A stretch of DNA of 63,418 nucleotides, the filler included, from Intoshia linei (lineage: Eukaryota; Animalia; Orthonectida), in assembly GCA_001642005.1 (NCBI GenBank). It is 5 parts of 5 records of this genome, joined end to end, with 100 filler letters (N's around TTAATTAATTAA, not from the genome) between each part and the next. Parts side by side here need not be neighbours in the genome. Positions count along the whole stretch, not along the records: positions 31,946 to 50,474 come from LWCA01000770.1; 4 more parts are not named here. One strand, given 5' to 3'. This document shows, piece by piece, positions 35,431 to 49,900 of the stretch. The notes below the pieces were generated by a model. The model worked only from the letters and a program-made list of their open reading frames with translations, had not been told where the DNA came from and searched no databases. The position numbers were made by a program, and so were the translations under genes. Numbering within the stretch: position 1 is the first letter of the stretch; every line of letters starts with the position of its first letter.

Positions 35431-38400
35431 TCATTTAATTAGTAATATATACAAAAATATAAGTAAATTGAAATTAAACACAACAGAAAATTTGAAATTT
35501 TGTTTTAAATATAATTCTTGGTGGTAAGCTCTGATTCTGTATTCATCAATGATAGGATCAACGTATGTTGCATTATGATCATAACCTTTTTCATAGTATG
35601 TATTTGTTTTGTTATTATATACCCATTCTCGTTTCATTTCTTTGGTTAATGTTCCAACTTGTATTGCATATTCAGTTGAATTTAATTTGTTGGATAAATG
35701 TAAAATTATACTTCCATATAGATCCTTAGGAATTTTTCTGATTGATATGGTCAATATAGTTTTAATTTGATCAATTTTGTGATTTGAGATTGCCACATGT
35801 TCTAATTCTGTAAATGGTATCTAAAATATCGGAAATTAAATATAAATTGAATACTGTCATCCTTTATGTATATAAAATTGAATGTCTGCTTGTTACCGTC
35901 TATTTAAAAAATGTACAGTCGTATAATTAAAAAAACCCAATTTCTAAAATACTATTTCGCAGGGATGTTTATATCTATTTTTTAGTTTCCGAATTTGAGT
36001 CTTTCAAGGTCAAAAATATCATTTGACCTTTTGTTTAAAGATACAATCAGACCTTTTTTCAGATTTTTTTTCTAAATATTTTATTAAAACAAAAAATGTG
36101 AAATAATTAGCAGTCCGAAATTTTAAAAAAAAGATTATTCTGATAGAGATTATTCCAGTTGATATAAATACAAAATTTGAACTCCAGGAATCTACGCATT
36201 CCCGGTAAAAACTAATTTTTAATATATTATCAACCAATATTTTTAAAATATTTCGATTAAAATAAAATGAAAATGCAAATTAATCCTACAATTTTAAAAA
36301 AAATGTGCATTGAACGTCTACACATTTCCAATAAAGTATAATAAAAATCTATATAATTCATTCCTTCGGAATTTTTTTTATTGCTAAGCAATTTTTAAAT
36401 TTCATTTTTAAAACATTTTGAATAAAATTTAAATAAAAACTACAACAACGAAACTAAAAGTAATACAACTTTGTTAATATCATACACATTCTGTCTAATA
36501 AATTAAAAATTTGGGTACCACTCCTTTAAGTGATTGATAATAGTGAATGATAGGATTTTTAAGTTAGATTTTCAACGTGAATTTATTTTTTAATATAATA
36601 AAAATGTGCCCTCGGCAGAGCTAGGTCCTGTCAACAGTCAACCTAGTACATAATAATTTGAATAGTCTGCCATCATTTCTTCTTTCTGGTTTTATTTTTT
36701 TAATTATTTGATGGATTGTTGTTTCTGTTTCAGATACTGTAATAGAATTTTCACAAAGAATTTCATTACTCCAGCGGCTGAAGTTCAGCCCCAAATACTT
36801 GATTATTACATTTTTGAGCATCATAGATAATTTCATCTTCAGAAATAAGAAAAAAGAAATTTGATATAATTCAAAATTTAAGGTTCTCCCAGATTTTTAT
36901 GTATTTCCCGGTGCCTCCTGAAGTAAAAAGGTTGACAAACACTGCACTAGAATATTCATAAAATGAAAACTTTGTAGAATCTGAGGAAAATTAAAATTTT
37001 TTTTATTGCACCCGCGTTGAAATTATATATATATATATATAAAGCGGACCGTTATTTGAAAAAGGGTTCGCCTGGTCTAACATTTACCAATCCTGGATAT
37101 AATATACATATAATTTACGTATATGCTATCCGTCAATATTTAAAATTTATTTAGTTTGATCATAATAGATCGGTTGACTTACCCATACCTATTGTCAAGT
37201 GGTAATACTCTTCCTTGCACATTTATTCTAAATAAAATTATGTATTACGTATTTTTTTTTTTTATTGTAAAACCAAGCGTTGTATGTAAATGCTGGATTG
37301 GACGATACGGTACATATAATATCAATATCTTCATTCACGAAAAGAATAACATATTTATATTCACATGTTATTATCGGTTTGACTAAATTTATAATTATAA
37401 AATTAAATTAAAATATTAATATAATAAATTAATACAATATAATAATATAATAATATTCATTAATAATAATGATAATGTGGCAATGCACAAACTGAAAATG
37501 CAATTATGAAATAAAGCAAATGCTAAAAGAAAAAATTGAATCATCCCAAATTAATTTTCGTATTACATGTTTAATTGTAAAGAAAAAGGAGGGCCGTTGA
37601 TGTGTAGATTACCGAAACATAAACTACATTACTAAAAAGGATGCTTATCCAACGCCTAAACAAAAAGATATATGTGATCAGATTGGAAGAAACGCAATTT
37701 TCCCAGTATTCGATTTAACAAGTTGGTTTTATCAAATCCCATTGCATAAGGAAGACAGATAAAAAACGGACCAGCTGCATGTCAACGTTTAATAAAATCC
37801 TTCCTGAGTGATCTACCCTTCGCACGTGGATACATGGATGACATTGTTGTATCCTCTAACAGCGATAAAGAAAACCTCAAACACTTAAAAATATTATTTG
37901 CACAAATTAAACAAGAAGTGTTAATTAAAAGAAGAATTAAAAATGTCACATAGGACTTAACAAATTAAAATTCTTCGGTTTTGTTGAAGCTATGGTCTCT
38001 TCTTTACTAAATTTGTTTTTATGACTCCAATTATATTTTTTAAAAAATAATTAATGATGAATCATTATTCAAGGAATTAATAATTGAACATGTATTATTA
38101 TGATTCAGGATTCATTACAATTTAAAATGCAGATCAATTATAAATAATGTTTTAAATTATTTATTTAAATTTAAGCAGATTTTAAAATACAACTGGACTA
38201 AACTCATACATAGACGAATCTAAATTTATACCCGATTTATAAGTCATCCTATCCTCTTCCTAAATTCTGGATATAAATAATGATTAATAAATTACAAATA
38301 AGGCTGAGTTCCAGCGCTATAGTTTTATAATGTTGAGGACGGCTATCCATATTGCAATTTAAGTATATAGTATAATTATTTTGATAATACTTTGAAGGAG

Positions 38401-39375
38401 AGGTTAATATGATTGATCCATTACCAAAATATTCATAATTATCGCCACTTAAACGTGTGGAATTATTTTTCCACCTGGCGAAATATAAATGATTAGTTTT
38501 ATTATCAGTATTAGCCGTAAAAGAAAGTACAGGTTTTGAATATTTGGTACTATAATTGTAGACGCAATACGCCGAAAATTTGGTATTAGCTCTAATGTAC
38601 CCATAATTTATTGATTTTTCTTGAATAGTCATCAATTTATTTGACATGTACTTTTTTTCGTATTTGGTATTATAAAAATCGACATTTTTTTGAGTTTTTG
38701 ATGATAAAATCAATACATTTTTTGTGATTTGCATTTTAAATACCAAATCATTAGCTAAAATTAAAATGTTTATAAAATTCATTTTTATTGAATAGTAAAA
38801 TATAAATATGTAAAAATCATATATCTTAAGACAAGTAATCTGATACAAATGTAAAATAATATATAGATAATCAATAAGTTTTGAAACCTTGAACTGTTAT
38901 GTTTAACATTTTTTCCAGTTTTCCTTCATTTCTTAGTAGTACACACACCATTTGACCTTCATAGAGAATCTCGATGGCTAAATTGATACAAATTGATAAT
39001 AAAAATTTAAGTAAAATTACGTTGATAGTTTATTGTTAGATTGTATATGTAATCAATATTATAATATAAATTTGAAGATATGCTAATTTGTTCATTATTA
39101 TAAGGTTGTTTTAAATCATCCCCAATTGAAAAGAGTCTTTTTACATTTTTTGATAAATGATAAATTTTTATTGTGGGAATAAACAATTTATTGGACCGTA
39201 ATTGGCATGTTATTGATTTTGTTTTTTTTTTATTAAAACTTGTGTTATTTTCAATCCATCCAATAAATGTAACATTGTACGAGTACACTGAATAAATTTG
39301 ATTAAAATTTAATTAAATTTTACCTTTTTTTAAATTCATCATAAATAATATGTAAATCAAAAATTTCCATTCCAT
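35431..39375 (-). CDS. Cell-surface immunoglobulin-superfamily protein (signal peptide, about 3 Ig-like domains, hydrophobic C-terminal tail; IgLON/lachesin-like), about 463 aa
   Basis: Exons 39375-39324, 39287-39021, 38977-38888, 38754-38296, 37382-37249, 35820-35431 (1392 nt, phases consistent). Signal peptide MEWKFLIYILFMMNLKKVYS. Ig motifs ITCQL...YEGQMVCVL...LNITV, AYCVY...RWK...YLNC, and KPII...IICTVSSNPAFTYNAWFY...LTISIRKIPKDLYGSIILHLSNKLNS. The protein ends in FSVVFNFNLLIFLYILLIK. Confidence 0.7.
35860..36646 (+). mobile_element. Non-autonomous Helitron, both termini, outer hairpin deleted
   Basis: A|TCCTTTATGTATAT ... CCCTCGGCAGAGCTAGGTCCTGTCAACAGTCAACCTAG|T. Interior matches the other copies. 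Confidence 0.8.
37560..37990 (+). pseudogene. Ty3/gypsy reverse transcriptase relic in an intron
   Basis: VKKKGG.LMCVDYRNIN..TKKDAYPTP, FDLTSWFYQIPL..EDR*KT and GYMDDIVVSS...HLKILF, with stops and deletions. Confidence 0.85.
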
Positions 39376-40355
39376 TTCTGCCCTAAATATACAATAATGT
39401 ATTGATCAATGCAGTAATCCAGTAAATTGATCGATTGTACTTGATTTTAACGTTAAAAAGGTTATCAAATTTTTATAACAATTCATCATTTTTATTGTTT
39501 AAATTTACACGACAATTTTTCGAGTACATTATCTTAACATTAGACTACTTGATTTAGGGTAAGTGCTTATTTTTGTGGGATAAAATGTATCAATTATACA
39601 AAAATTTCTTTTTGAATTTGTAATTTTAATACATCTTATATTTATTGGTATCAGTCTCATTTTCGTTTTTAGTTGAATTGATTTGTTAAGTGTATATCAA
39701 TATCTGTCTTGTTTTATTGACGTTTTAATTAAAATTATCATTAGAGATTTACTGTTGTGGGTTATCTTGTTTTTTTGCATTTTTTATGTCGATTTGATGT
39801 GATAAAAATTTTTTGGCTCATTGTTTTGGAATTTTTAATTTAGTTTTATTTTTACTTGTCAAGTCGTTACTGTTTAAAATTATAATTTATAAATAGTATT
39901 ACAATAATTTTTTAAATTTTGTATGAGATTTTTTAATTTTTTTTTTAATTTTTATTTTTAATTATAGTAACTACATGTATCATAATATTTAATCCTAATG
40001 TTTCAATTTCACTTTCATTTTTACAAATCGAATTATTTCATTTTACGGTTAACTTATAACAGCTTATCAAAAATTAATTCAATCTCTCATGCTTTACTAA
40101 GTATTAACAATTAATGTCATAATTTTATATATATATACTTTTCCAACATGTTTAATCTATTATTATCACATTTTTGGTAATTTCAAATTATTTTATTATT
40201 CATTCTAGACATACTTTATCTTTAAATTTGTTTCATTTTCTCAAAATTTGAAGTTTATAAATTACAATTAATAAATTCAATTTATTATGGATTATTGAAA
40301 TTTTTATTTAATTCAAAGACCCTTTCAATGAGATTAAAATTTCCAGTATGGACCT

Positions 40356-41358
40356 TAGGGTGTCACATTTTTTGGAATTTATTTTTTAAAATGGAAAAAC
40401 TATTTCGTAATATAAAACATTTAAAGCTATGTATTTGAGTTGCGTTTGTCATTTGAAATTGATCATATAAAAATGTTAAGTAAAAATTAAAATTGATGAA
40501 ATAAAACTGAACTTTATTCAAACGAAAAAATAAATTTAATGTCATATCCAAGTTATATTACGTTGAAGGTTTTTTATGTTATGTGTGTTCATTAGGGTGT
40601 CCACTTTATTAAAGAACGAAAAGTATATTTGCATATAGGTGTGTTTTTATGCACTCATCACGAATATTGAAAATTAATTCATTTAATTGAAATTAATCCC
40701 ACCTGAAATTAAAAACACTTATGAATGATAAGTAGACATAGAGTAGACAGAAACGAGCAGTTTTAAATAATAAAACGAGTAGTTAAATATATAAAATGTA
40801 TCTCGTTAATTTGAATTGTAAATCTCTTGCTGAGTGCTTTAACTTCATAAAACTATTCGTGCTAAAACTGGTATTTATGAGTTTTTATTGTATGTAAAAT
40901 TGTACATTAAGGTTCCACATTTTTTTTAAATTTTTATAATTTAATGGGCGATTAGTAATCAATGTGTATTTTTAAAATAGAAGCACTATGTTGCAATTAA
41001 AAATATCTAATACTTATCCGAGTTGCGCTCATCATTTTAAATATCCTTTTGAAATTCGTATAGAAAAATTTAAATTTAAATTTTGCAAAAATAACAGTGT
41101 GGTAAGTTGTCATGAATTATATTTTATGGTTTAAACACCCACGCTTAACTATACATTACAATTTTTAAAATTTGATTCTAGCTCGATTTTTGTGATTTTT
41201 ATCGACGTTCAAATTTCAGTTATTTATGCAATAATGTTTATAGACGTTTTCAAATGACCGAAATCTGCAACACCCCATTCTAAATTATTTTATATATCAT
41301 GACAATACACCATTTCCGCACTAATCGCCCTTAATTCTTTGATTGGTGTGACACCCTA
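40356..41358. mobile_element. hATm-like MITE(s) with TAGGGTG termini
   Basis: TAGGGTGTCACA (40356), TAGGGTGTCCAC (40593) and TGTGACACCCTA (41347-41358). Confidence 0.55.
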
Positions 41359-41596
41359 TTGTACATATCATGAAAATAAAAAAACGATTTCATACATTTC
41401 ATTTCGAGTAACTTTATACGTACCCAATCTGTCTGAACTGACATTTAGTTCAAAAAAAATTACTCATCCAAAATTTCAACATTTTTTGATTTGGCACACT
41501 TCCAGTGTATTTTTAAAAAAAAATTAAAAAAATTCTTAGTAGCGTTCTTGAGTAAAGCTCAAAAATATATATTTTTCTCCAATTTTAACTTCAATA

Positions 41597-43141
41597 CAGA
41601 CCCGTGCAAAAGTTTTAGGCACCCCCTTTAAATAATATATTAAGTATTAAATATATTAAGATAACATTATGTCGAATCTTCTTAAAATTTTGTTCAAGTG
41701 ATTAAAATTCATAGATAATTATGTAGTGATTAACAAAATATGTAAAATGTACATTGAAACGATAGAAACAAAAAATTGTTAAAATATGACCGTGCAAAAG
41801 TTTTAGGCACTTCTGAATCAAATGCAACATTTTCGAAGAAAAATTAAAGAAGAAATTTATTATTGTTAATATCTGGTATTACCACCATTTGAACCAATAA
41901 CAGAGTTTATTCTTCTAGGTAAAGACTTGAATAAATTCTTTATATATTCATCGGGTATTTTATAAAATTTTTTTCTTGTAACAGTCCAAAGTTGTTCCAA
42001 ATTTCTTGGTTTAATTTTTGAAACATTTATCTGAAACATACTCCATACATGCTTAATTATATTAAGATCTGGACTTTGTGGGGGCCAACTATCAAGCGTA
42101 TTTAGGTATCTATTTTTGATAAAGTTGTTTGTCATTCGTGATCTATGGCATGGTGCTCCATCATGCTGGAAAATATATCGTGTATCATGAAGTTCATCGA
42201 TATACCTATTCAAAATCCTAATATATTTAACAGAATTAACTCTATTAGCACACCTTACAATGATTCTTTGTCCATCTTCTCTTATGGCACCCATATCATA
42301 ATAATGCTGCTAAATTTTACCGTACTATTAATGTGGTTGTACCTACTATGACGTTCTTTGGTACGTCTAACATATTTTCGAGCCCTTGAAAATAAATTAA
42401 TTTTACTGTCGTCACTAAAAATCACTAAATTCCAGTCCATTGATAACCAGTCAATACGATTTAGACACCATTGTAATCTTTACAATTTTTGTGTAGAAGT
42501 TAGATGTGGTTTCTTTGTTGCAACTCCTCCAAAACGTCTACCTCTTCTTAGATTTCGTTTTATGGTATCAATACTGATATTTTCCCACAATTGAAGCTGT
42601 AATTTTAGATCAGATGCTGTCATAAATGGGTCTTTTTTGGACAAACGTATCAACAATCTCCTCTCTGGCATGTAAAACATGTGGACGTCCTGATCTCTTT
42701 CTATTTTTAAGAGAAATACCATTTTTATGTTTTTTATTATTTCCTGAACTGCACATCTCGATATTGAGAGCTTTCGGGCGATTTTTGTTTGCGGGTAACC
42801 TTTTTTGTAAAAATCGACTATTAATTTCCTTTTTTCTATGCTAATTTGTGGCATCTGTAGTGTCTAATATTCTTATAACTATAATAAAAATTATTTGCAT
42901 ACCAATGAAGAATAAACGGTACAAAATAGCAAGTGCCTAAAACTTTTGCACGGTGAATATGGACGATATTCATTAAATTATTGATACAACGTTGTTTTGA
43001 AGGTTATAATTAATTAAAAATGATGGAATGTGTAGACTTGTTTTTTTACAATATTTATAGTTGAAAAAATCATGAAAAAACGTTGTCATTTAGGAACCAG
43101 AACCTTTTATCTAAGGTGCCTAAAACTTTTGCACGGGTCTG
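41597..43141 (-). mobile_element. Full-length decayed Tc1/mariner element (1545 bp), IR/DR-type ends, TA TSD
   Basis: TA|CAGACCCGTGCAAAAGTTTTAGGCACC ... GGTGCCTAAAACTTTTGCACGGGTCTG|TA. Inner repeats at ~41790-41810 and ~42933-42953. Carries a frameshifted transposase at 42854-41866. Confidence 0.95.
41866..42854 (-). pseudogene. Tc1-like transposase pseudogene
   Basis: Paired-like HTH (MPQISIEKRKLIV...KIARKLSISRCAVQEI), KKPHL, VIFSDDS, FQHDGAPCH, WPPQSPDLNIIKHVW and SLPRRINSVIGSNGGNTRY. Broken by frameshifts and a stop, with the catalytic E replaced by K. Confidence 0.9.
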
Positions 43142-43376
43142 TATAACTATTAATAAAACGAGCAGATGTCAATTATTATCGTGTAAAAGAGCATTTCGAT
43201 CACTTTACTCGCTTTTGTCTACTCTACTTATGATATTTTTATTTTTAAAAATGTGAACTATACTTTATTACACTATTTTGAAACAATATTTTATTTATTT
43301 ATCAATCTTATAATTAATAAATTAATCATATAAAATTGAAATTTCGAGATCTAAAAATGAATTATTCAAAAAAAGT

Positions 43377-43808
43377 ATGAGGTGGACGCTTCCTTATGGA
43401 GTAGTGGTTAGTGAACCTCTTAGTAATTTATCGAGATTATCTACTATAAAAAAAGTAATGGGAAGATATTATTTTTTAGAAATGGAAAATAACTCACAAC
43501 GAAAATTTTATTACTGTGATAAAACTGCAATAGAACTATATTCTTTATGGATAAAGTGCACTCTGGGACCGATTCCATTAGGATTAATAAAAGTCAAAAT
43601 TAGAGATTTAATAAATAAGTATGCGCTCTATCTAAAAAATCCGAACTACCATCAAAAATTTAAACAAAATTATGATAACATATTAATGATAAATAATAAA
43701 ACAATAAAAATTGACGAAGAAAATGAAAATTTTGTTTCTGAGAAAAATTCTGAGAATTTATTTGTGCCGAACCTACCATACCCGATAACCCTCTTCGTCG
43801 GAACTTGA
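43377..43808 (+). pseudogene. Probable N-terminal fragment of a hATm-like transposase
   Basis: LSTIKKVMGRYYF...TAIELYSLWIKC...IKVKIRDLINKY resembles, by recall only, the N-termini of TAGGG-ended hAT transposases. It lies next to hATm-like subterminal sequence. Confidence 0.35.
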
Positions 43809-46800
43809 ACGAATTTTTTGTAAAATGATGTCCTCGTTTTTCCAAATTGAGATTTAAAAAAATTATATTATAATACATGTATATTATAATTATGATATTA
43901 ATGAATATCAGAATTATTTTGTGTTATAAATTTATAATTTCAAGTTATGATCTTTAGAGGGTAGATAGGGCCATATGATATTACCCATCATTTGTAATTT
44001 TTTTCTTAGGGGCCTAGTTTTCATTTTTGACTTGGTATGTTCGACTGCAGCCTCTAATCGAATCATTTTAATAAGCAGTTAAACCCCTTCAATTCAAACA
44101 CTCTAAAATTGAAGAAAATTTATTTCTTTCTAGTGTATGGGTGTTATTATTATGTGTTAAAATTAATGGAGTTTGACTATTTTAAATACCTAACTATCAT
44201 CAAATAAAAAGAAATAAATCAATCCTTTGTACACGTCTGTTATTTTTTGAAATTATTTTTAATTTACCAAATCATATAATAATTTATTGACAGAATCCCA
44301 ATATAATGTTCATTTAAAAAATCCTTCGTTCATGATCAGATTCTAAAAAGCCATTATTATACACTATTCAAATAAATTAATAAATCCTATCAAACAGCGT
44401 TAATTCCCATTTGACGTATTTCATCAATTTTCAAAATTATTACATACACGTATATTACATAAATGTATATCATTAATATATTAATATTATTATTACATAC
44501 ATTGTCAATGTATAACATAAATTATTTATAGTTAACAAAATTTATCTTATAAATTCTGCAACAGGCGTCGTCAAAGTACTCCATGTGGACCCAAGTTTTA
44601 TTTTTATTATTTATAATGTAAAACGTATACGTAGTCAATTGCATCAAATTTAAAAGTATTTATAAATTCGATCGGTAGAATGAATACGACCCTAAAGAAC
44701 TCAAATTCGGAAACTGAAAAATAGAAATCAACATCCCTGCGAAAAACTATTAGCAATTGGGCAGGGTTCGACAACATGCACCCTAATTGACGATTTTGTG
44801 CAGCCTTCACATAAAAATATGCCATTCATTATTTTTCATTAATTTACATTTTCAATTTGAAAATTTTCGATATCGATTTAGTAAATATAAATTTCAAATG
44901 ATTTCAGTTTTCTAAAACAAATAACTCCATCTATAACACAAATCAGAAACCAATGAAAATAATTAATTAATCAATTAATTGGTAACTTAGCCGATGTTTA
45001 ATGACTAATTTTCAAGAGGGCAATAATTAAAAGTGAATTTAATAAGGAAACGATAAGAATAATAATAAATTTTTAAGAATTTATAAGTAACGAAACGTAA
45101 GACCCCGTTTAATCAGCGAATCTATAAATATGTTGTTTTAAAACACTTTTAAAATAATGGAAATAAATTGTTTTCCAGTTAAATGTATATTATACAATGC
45201 ATACTAATATAATTCCATTAATTAAGCTATTTCATTAATTTGGGTATTAAGTAATGACTATTATTTATTCTTGCAACTGTATAATTTATGTAACAAAGAA
45301 AACAGAGATGGTGATTATTTCATTATTAATGAAGTCAGCATTTCATTTACACACATAATTTTATTTTTCTTATGTTTTTATTGTTGATATTTACACAACC
45401 CTAGCCTTGAAATCATCCGAATATGAGAGAGATTTGGTCATTTTTGCAAAATATATATAGTTAAATACATAACGTTAACATTGTGCAATGTACATATCAT
45501 TATTATACTTGCTTCATAGAATATGATGGTGTATGTAGACTTTTGGATACAAAAGGAATAAATTTATGATATTGAAAGCCATATATGTCAATTCTCACTT
45601 TTTTTGAATCTGTAGGATCAATATTTTGATTTTAATTATTATTAATTTAAAAATTTTTCATTTAATCAAACTTGATCTAACATTAAAGTCAATGTTCCCT
45701 TAAAGCATTCGTCAAACGGGGTCAATTTCTACCTTTGGGTCGATGCGAAATTATATTAACTGTTTTATCTACATATTACCATTTTTAAGTTACAAATTAA
45801 ATCATTTTAGACAAATCTTTAGAATTATAGCTTATTTACAGATTATTCTTACATAAGAATAAATAATTTGCATAAAAATGGATACAATAGAATTGGTAGA
45901 ATTTGTCTTGTTCTTTGCTCTAATTATAACAAATTTCAAAACTTAAACAATCATTTGTATTTATGGACAATGCACACTTTGTTAATATTTTCTTGTAAAA
46001 TTGTATATTTCTAAGTTTATAGTCTCAGTTTATACTATAAACTGCTATACTTTATAGACATGTATTTACACTTATCTATATTTTTTACAGAATATTATAT
46101 AATTGAATAAATCTACTATATTTATATATTATAATACACGTTATTCATTTCATAATATTTAAATATCAAGTATAAATATGCGAATTTAGCAATAACAATA
46201 ATCAAGGCATAATACTAGTTTATAATACGCATACACTAAATATTATCGTGTAAATATAATTCATGTTCGGTTTAAAATAAAAATTTAAAATAATAATGTA
46301 CCTGTTAATTGAAAAACTTGAAATCTTATCAAATATATACTGTTGTATGAATAATGTCCCAAGAGTAAAATTATTCTTGGTTCTGTATCATCTTACAAGT
46401 TGTAAAAGTAAAAATATCAAAATGTAGTAACATTACACATATTGTATAGAAGTGAAAAATGGGCTCAAATTTGTAAAACAAGTCATATTTAATGAAAATA
46501 TGATGTTTTTTATTTATTAACGTAATTGAAGTCGATGTCGACTAAACTAATCATGTATAATTAATTGTATCGCAAGTTATTAAAAAACCTAATTTTAACC
46601 CAAAAAAATAAACGTTAAGATGATGTCAAACTGGCGTAAAAACATTCAAATTTTGATATTTCCATATCCTTTAATATTCATCAACTTTCTAGTCTACCAC
46701 TCGATTCATAGATTTAATAATACTAATAATAACTGAAAGGATACAATGTAACTAATGAAATTTAAAATTAAAATTTAATTTAAATATTCAATCATTCAAA

Positions 46801-46908
46801 AATCAATGTTTATAGATACGAATACCATATTTATAAAATATTAACCTGCGTTCATTATTAATTTTTATTGATTTTAGCAAGTTTTACCTTTTCCTTCAAC
46901 AAATAATT

Positions 46909-49900
46909 ATGTCAGTAAATAGAGTTGCTAGGCGTCGAACTACCATCAGATTCACTGCATTGTCAGAAGAAATGCTTAAAGAAATTAAAAAAAAATTACC
47001 ACACGATTGTAATGTCACAATTTCAGAATGTGAGCACATTTTTAAATGTACAAACGAACTGGATAGAATTAAAGCCATACAATTACTTAAAACTGATATT
47101 AAAACAAAAATGATGATACGTGAATATCTTCATTTGGATGATTTTCAAAGTTTAACCGGATTTCGGTATTGGAAATATCAAATTAAAGTTGTAAGTTTGC
47201 ATGTTAATTTAATTTGATCGATTTAGTGTGATTTATATCGTTTTAACATTCATTTATCAGTTTTTTGATATTTCTATATTTTTTTTTAATTTTTATTTCA
47301 TTTTTTGTTCGATATTGATAGTATAATTAATATGCAATTATAAATCAATATTTGTTAAAATTTTAAAAGTTAGATTTAATTTTTCTTAAGTAAAAAACTT
47401 TAAAGAGACATATGGTGTAATAATGTGGATGTAGATTAGAGCTGTGTTGTAGATACATTTGTCTCCTGGTTAAGGATTTCTTTTGGTTCGTTGTAAACAT
47501 TGAGCTTCACAACTTAATAACCATATTTGCATTTACATTTTGTATAAGATTTTGAATAAATTTGTACAATTTAAGTTGATATTTTTTAAGTAAGAGATGA
47601 TTTTCGTTTAATTTTTACATATTAGGACATGAAAAAGTTAAAGAATAAAGTATATAATTTTAAAGATTATTTGGAAATTTGGGGATCTTCGATCAAAACC
47701 ATTGAAGGTTATTTTATTATTAAAATATATTGTGGGGCAGTCAAAAATTATTCCATTTTTTGTGTTTTTTTCAATATTTGACCAGTTTAAATGAATGTTT
47801 AAATCAATCCACTAGAAATGGTTCGGTCATTTATTCTTAAATTAATAATTTAAGCAACTAAAATGTAATTTTAACTTCTAATATACATTTTATAAGATAA
47901 GATACGTATAAGCTAAAGTACTGTATAAGAACAGTAATTTGTTTCCAAACATTAATTTAATATTTTAATTTTTCCAGTCTATCAATCCAACAGTTCATTT
48001 ATTGATTATAAAAGTTGTATCAAATTAAATAAAACTACGAATGTTCTTGATGGATTATGAAATTTTAAATTTCGTTTTTAGTGGATTCAGGAAACAAATT
48101 ACTATCTATGGGTAGAAGCGAAATTGGTGTAGACTATAAATACTTTTGAGAAAATTTTTTAAAAATAATTACACTGATATTTTTAATTTTTATATTTTAT
48201 GTAAATATATTATTGGAATAGTTACTTCTTTCATTTATTTCAAATAAAATATTTTCAATAAATTAAAAATTTATCAGGGGTCCTCATCCCCAGGCCGTGG
48301 AGAGGGCTAGGGGCCATATGGCCCGAAAAAAAAGAGTTATACAATTTGCATCTGGCCCGGGCCTACTGCCTTTAAATGAAATTTACTTTTTAATGTTACG
48401 GTTTCCACTTTTGATACTTCTCTAAAATTAAAAAAAGCAAATTTTCAGGTCGATGCTTTTCTCATTCTAAACCTATATCAAAATATATTTTTAAATTAGT
48501 TAATATTTTTATATTTATTAAATATTATTTAACCTCCCCTATATGCAATAATTAAAATCAATACTAAAATGTTAAGATAAATATAGATACATAACTCTAT
48601 TTGGGTAATATCAGCTTTGAGTTGGTTTCTCTGGTTAAGTCGTCTTTGATGAGTTTACAATGTTTTTTTGTACACTTTTTTATAAATTCAAGATAGCGCA
48701 TTAATTTTGGGTTTTAATGTTAATTGAGTTCCTCATAATTAACCCCAAAAATATAGATAAGCCTCAAAATGAAATTCCTAGTAGTGCATAACTTACATTC
48801 TGATTTTTTAATAAAAGAATATTATTTTTTCAATTTATAATTAACAAAACTGAAATCTGGTTTAAATTTCATGAAAATTTGTAGTTTATATCGATAACCA
48901 CGACGTTATTACATATTTATCATTATTGATCATCACTATATTTTTGAAGATGATCTAAATTAGAGTATATATTATATTTTTAGGTAGGTTTGGAACTGGA
49001 GTTGGATCCTATTTTCGATTTTTAAAGTCATTGTTTTTTTTACAAATACCTATATTCTTGTTATATTTTGGAGTAATTTTGATACCTCAATTGTTGTCTA
49101 CGCCAGTGTCATATATAGCTGGTACTAATAAAACTATCACCGACTTAGCTACAACATGTCGTATGAATTATACGGTTTTAATTGATCCGAATGATTACGT
49201 TCAGATGGGATTGGATTTCATTCAAGGAACGGTAATTCAATAATAGATACAAAATTATAAAATTCATCAAATTATAAAATACACTTTAATACCCTTTAAT
49301 ACACTGCATGATTTAATATAATGGATGTATTTTGTATAAATAATAATATTAACCATTTTAGGGTTGGATGGAAAAAACGATAGTATTTTATGGCAGCTAC
49401 AGTGGTCAAAATATACTCATTAACAATTCCTCTCATTATAATATGCCGCTAGCATATTTTTGTGTCACCATTGCAATTTTGCTCATTAGCATATTTTTCA
49501 TAGTGAATAGGTTTACTAATCATTACTTGTATAAAAGTATATACTTTATTCATAGGGCTGCCATAATTCTACTAATTCTTTCTTGCTAACTACATGTAAA
49601 TGTATTTCGTTTTATAAATATCATTTGTTTTAGGATCGTTTAATATTAACCGATCTCATTTTTTTGAATAAATGTTTAAAATCAAAAAAGGCATCCACGC
49701 GCAAAATAGGTTTTTCTAATAAAAAAAAGTGGACACCCTAGTATACATATTAACAAACATATATTTATTATTTATTTATTTTTGTAAAATATTTAATATT
49801 TAAAAATGTTAAATTAATGAATATAATGTAACTTTATTTTCGAAATTTGATTCAAGTTTAAAAAATTAGCTGTAGAATGATTTTTAAGCAAAAATTTTCT

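Noticed and set aside
44755-44785. GGTTCGA T-loop-like motifs (also ~50839) as tRNA or SINE
   Set aside because: No cloverleaf or A-box could be built around them.
40593-49740. TAGGGTGTCCACTT (40593) and its inverse (49727-49740) as one 9-kb element capturing TMC exons 1-4
   Set aside because: The 6/8 flank match (GTGTTCAT / GTATACAT) is equalled by the nearer end at 41358 (TTGTACAT), so it reflects target preference. TMC also continues in frame outside the interval.
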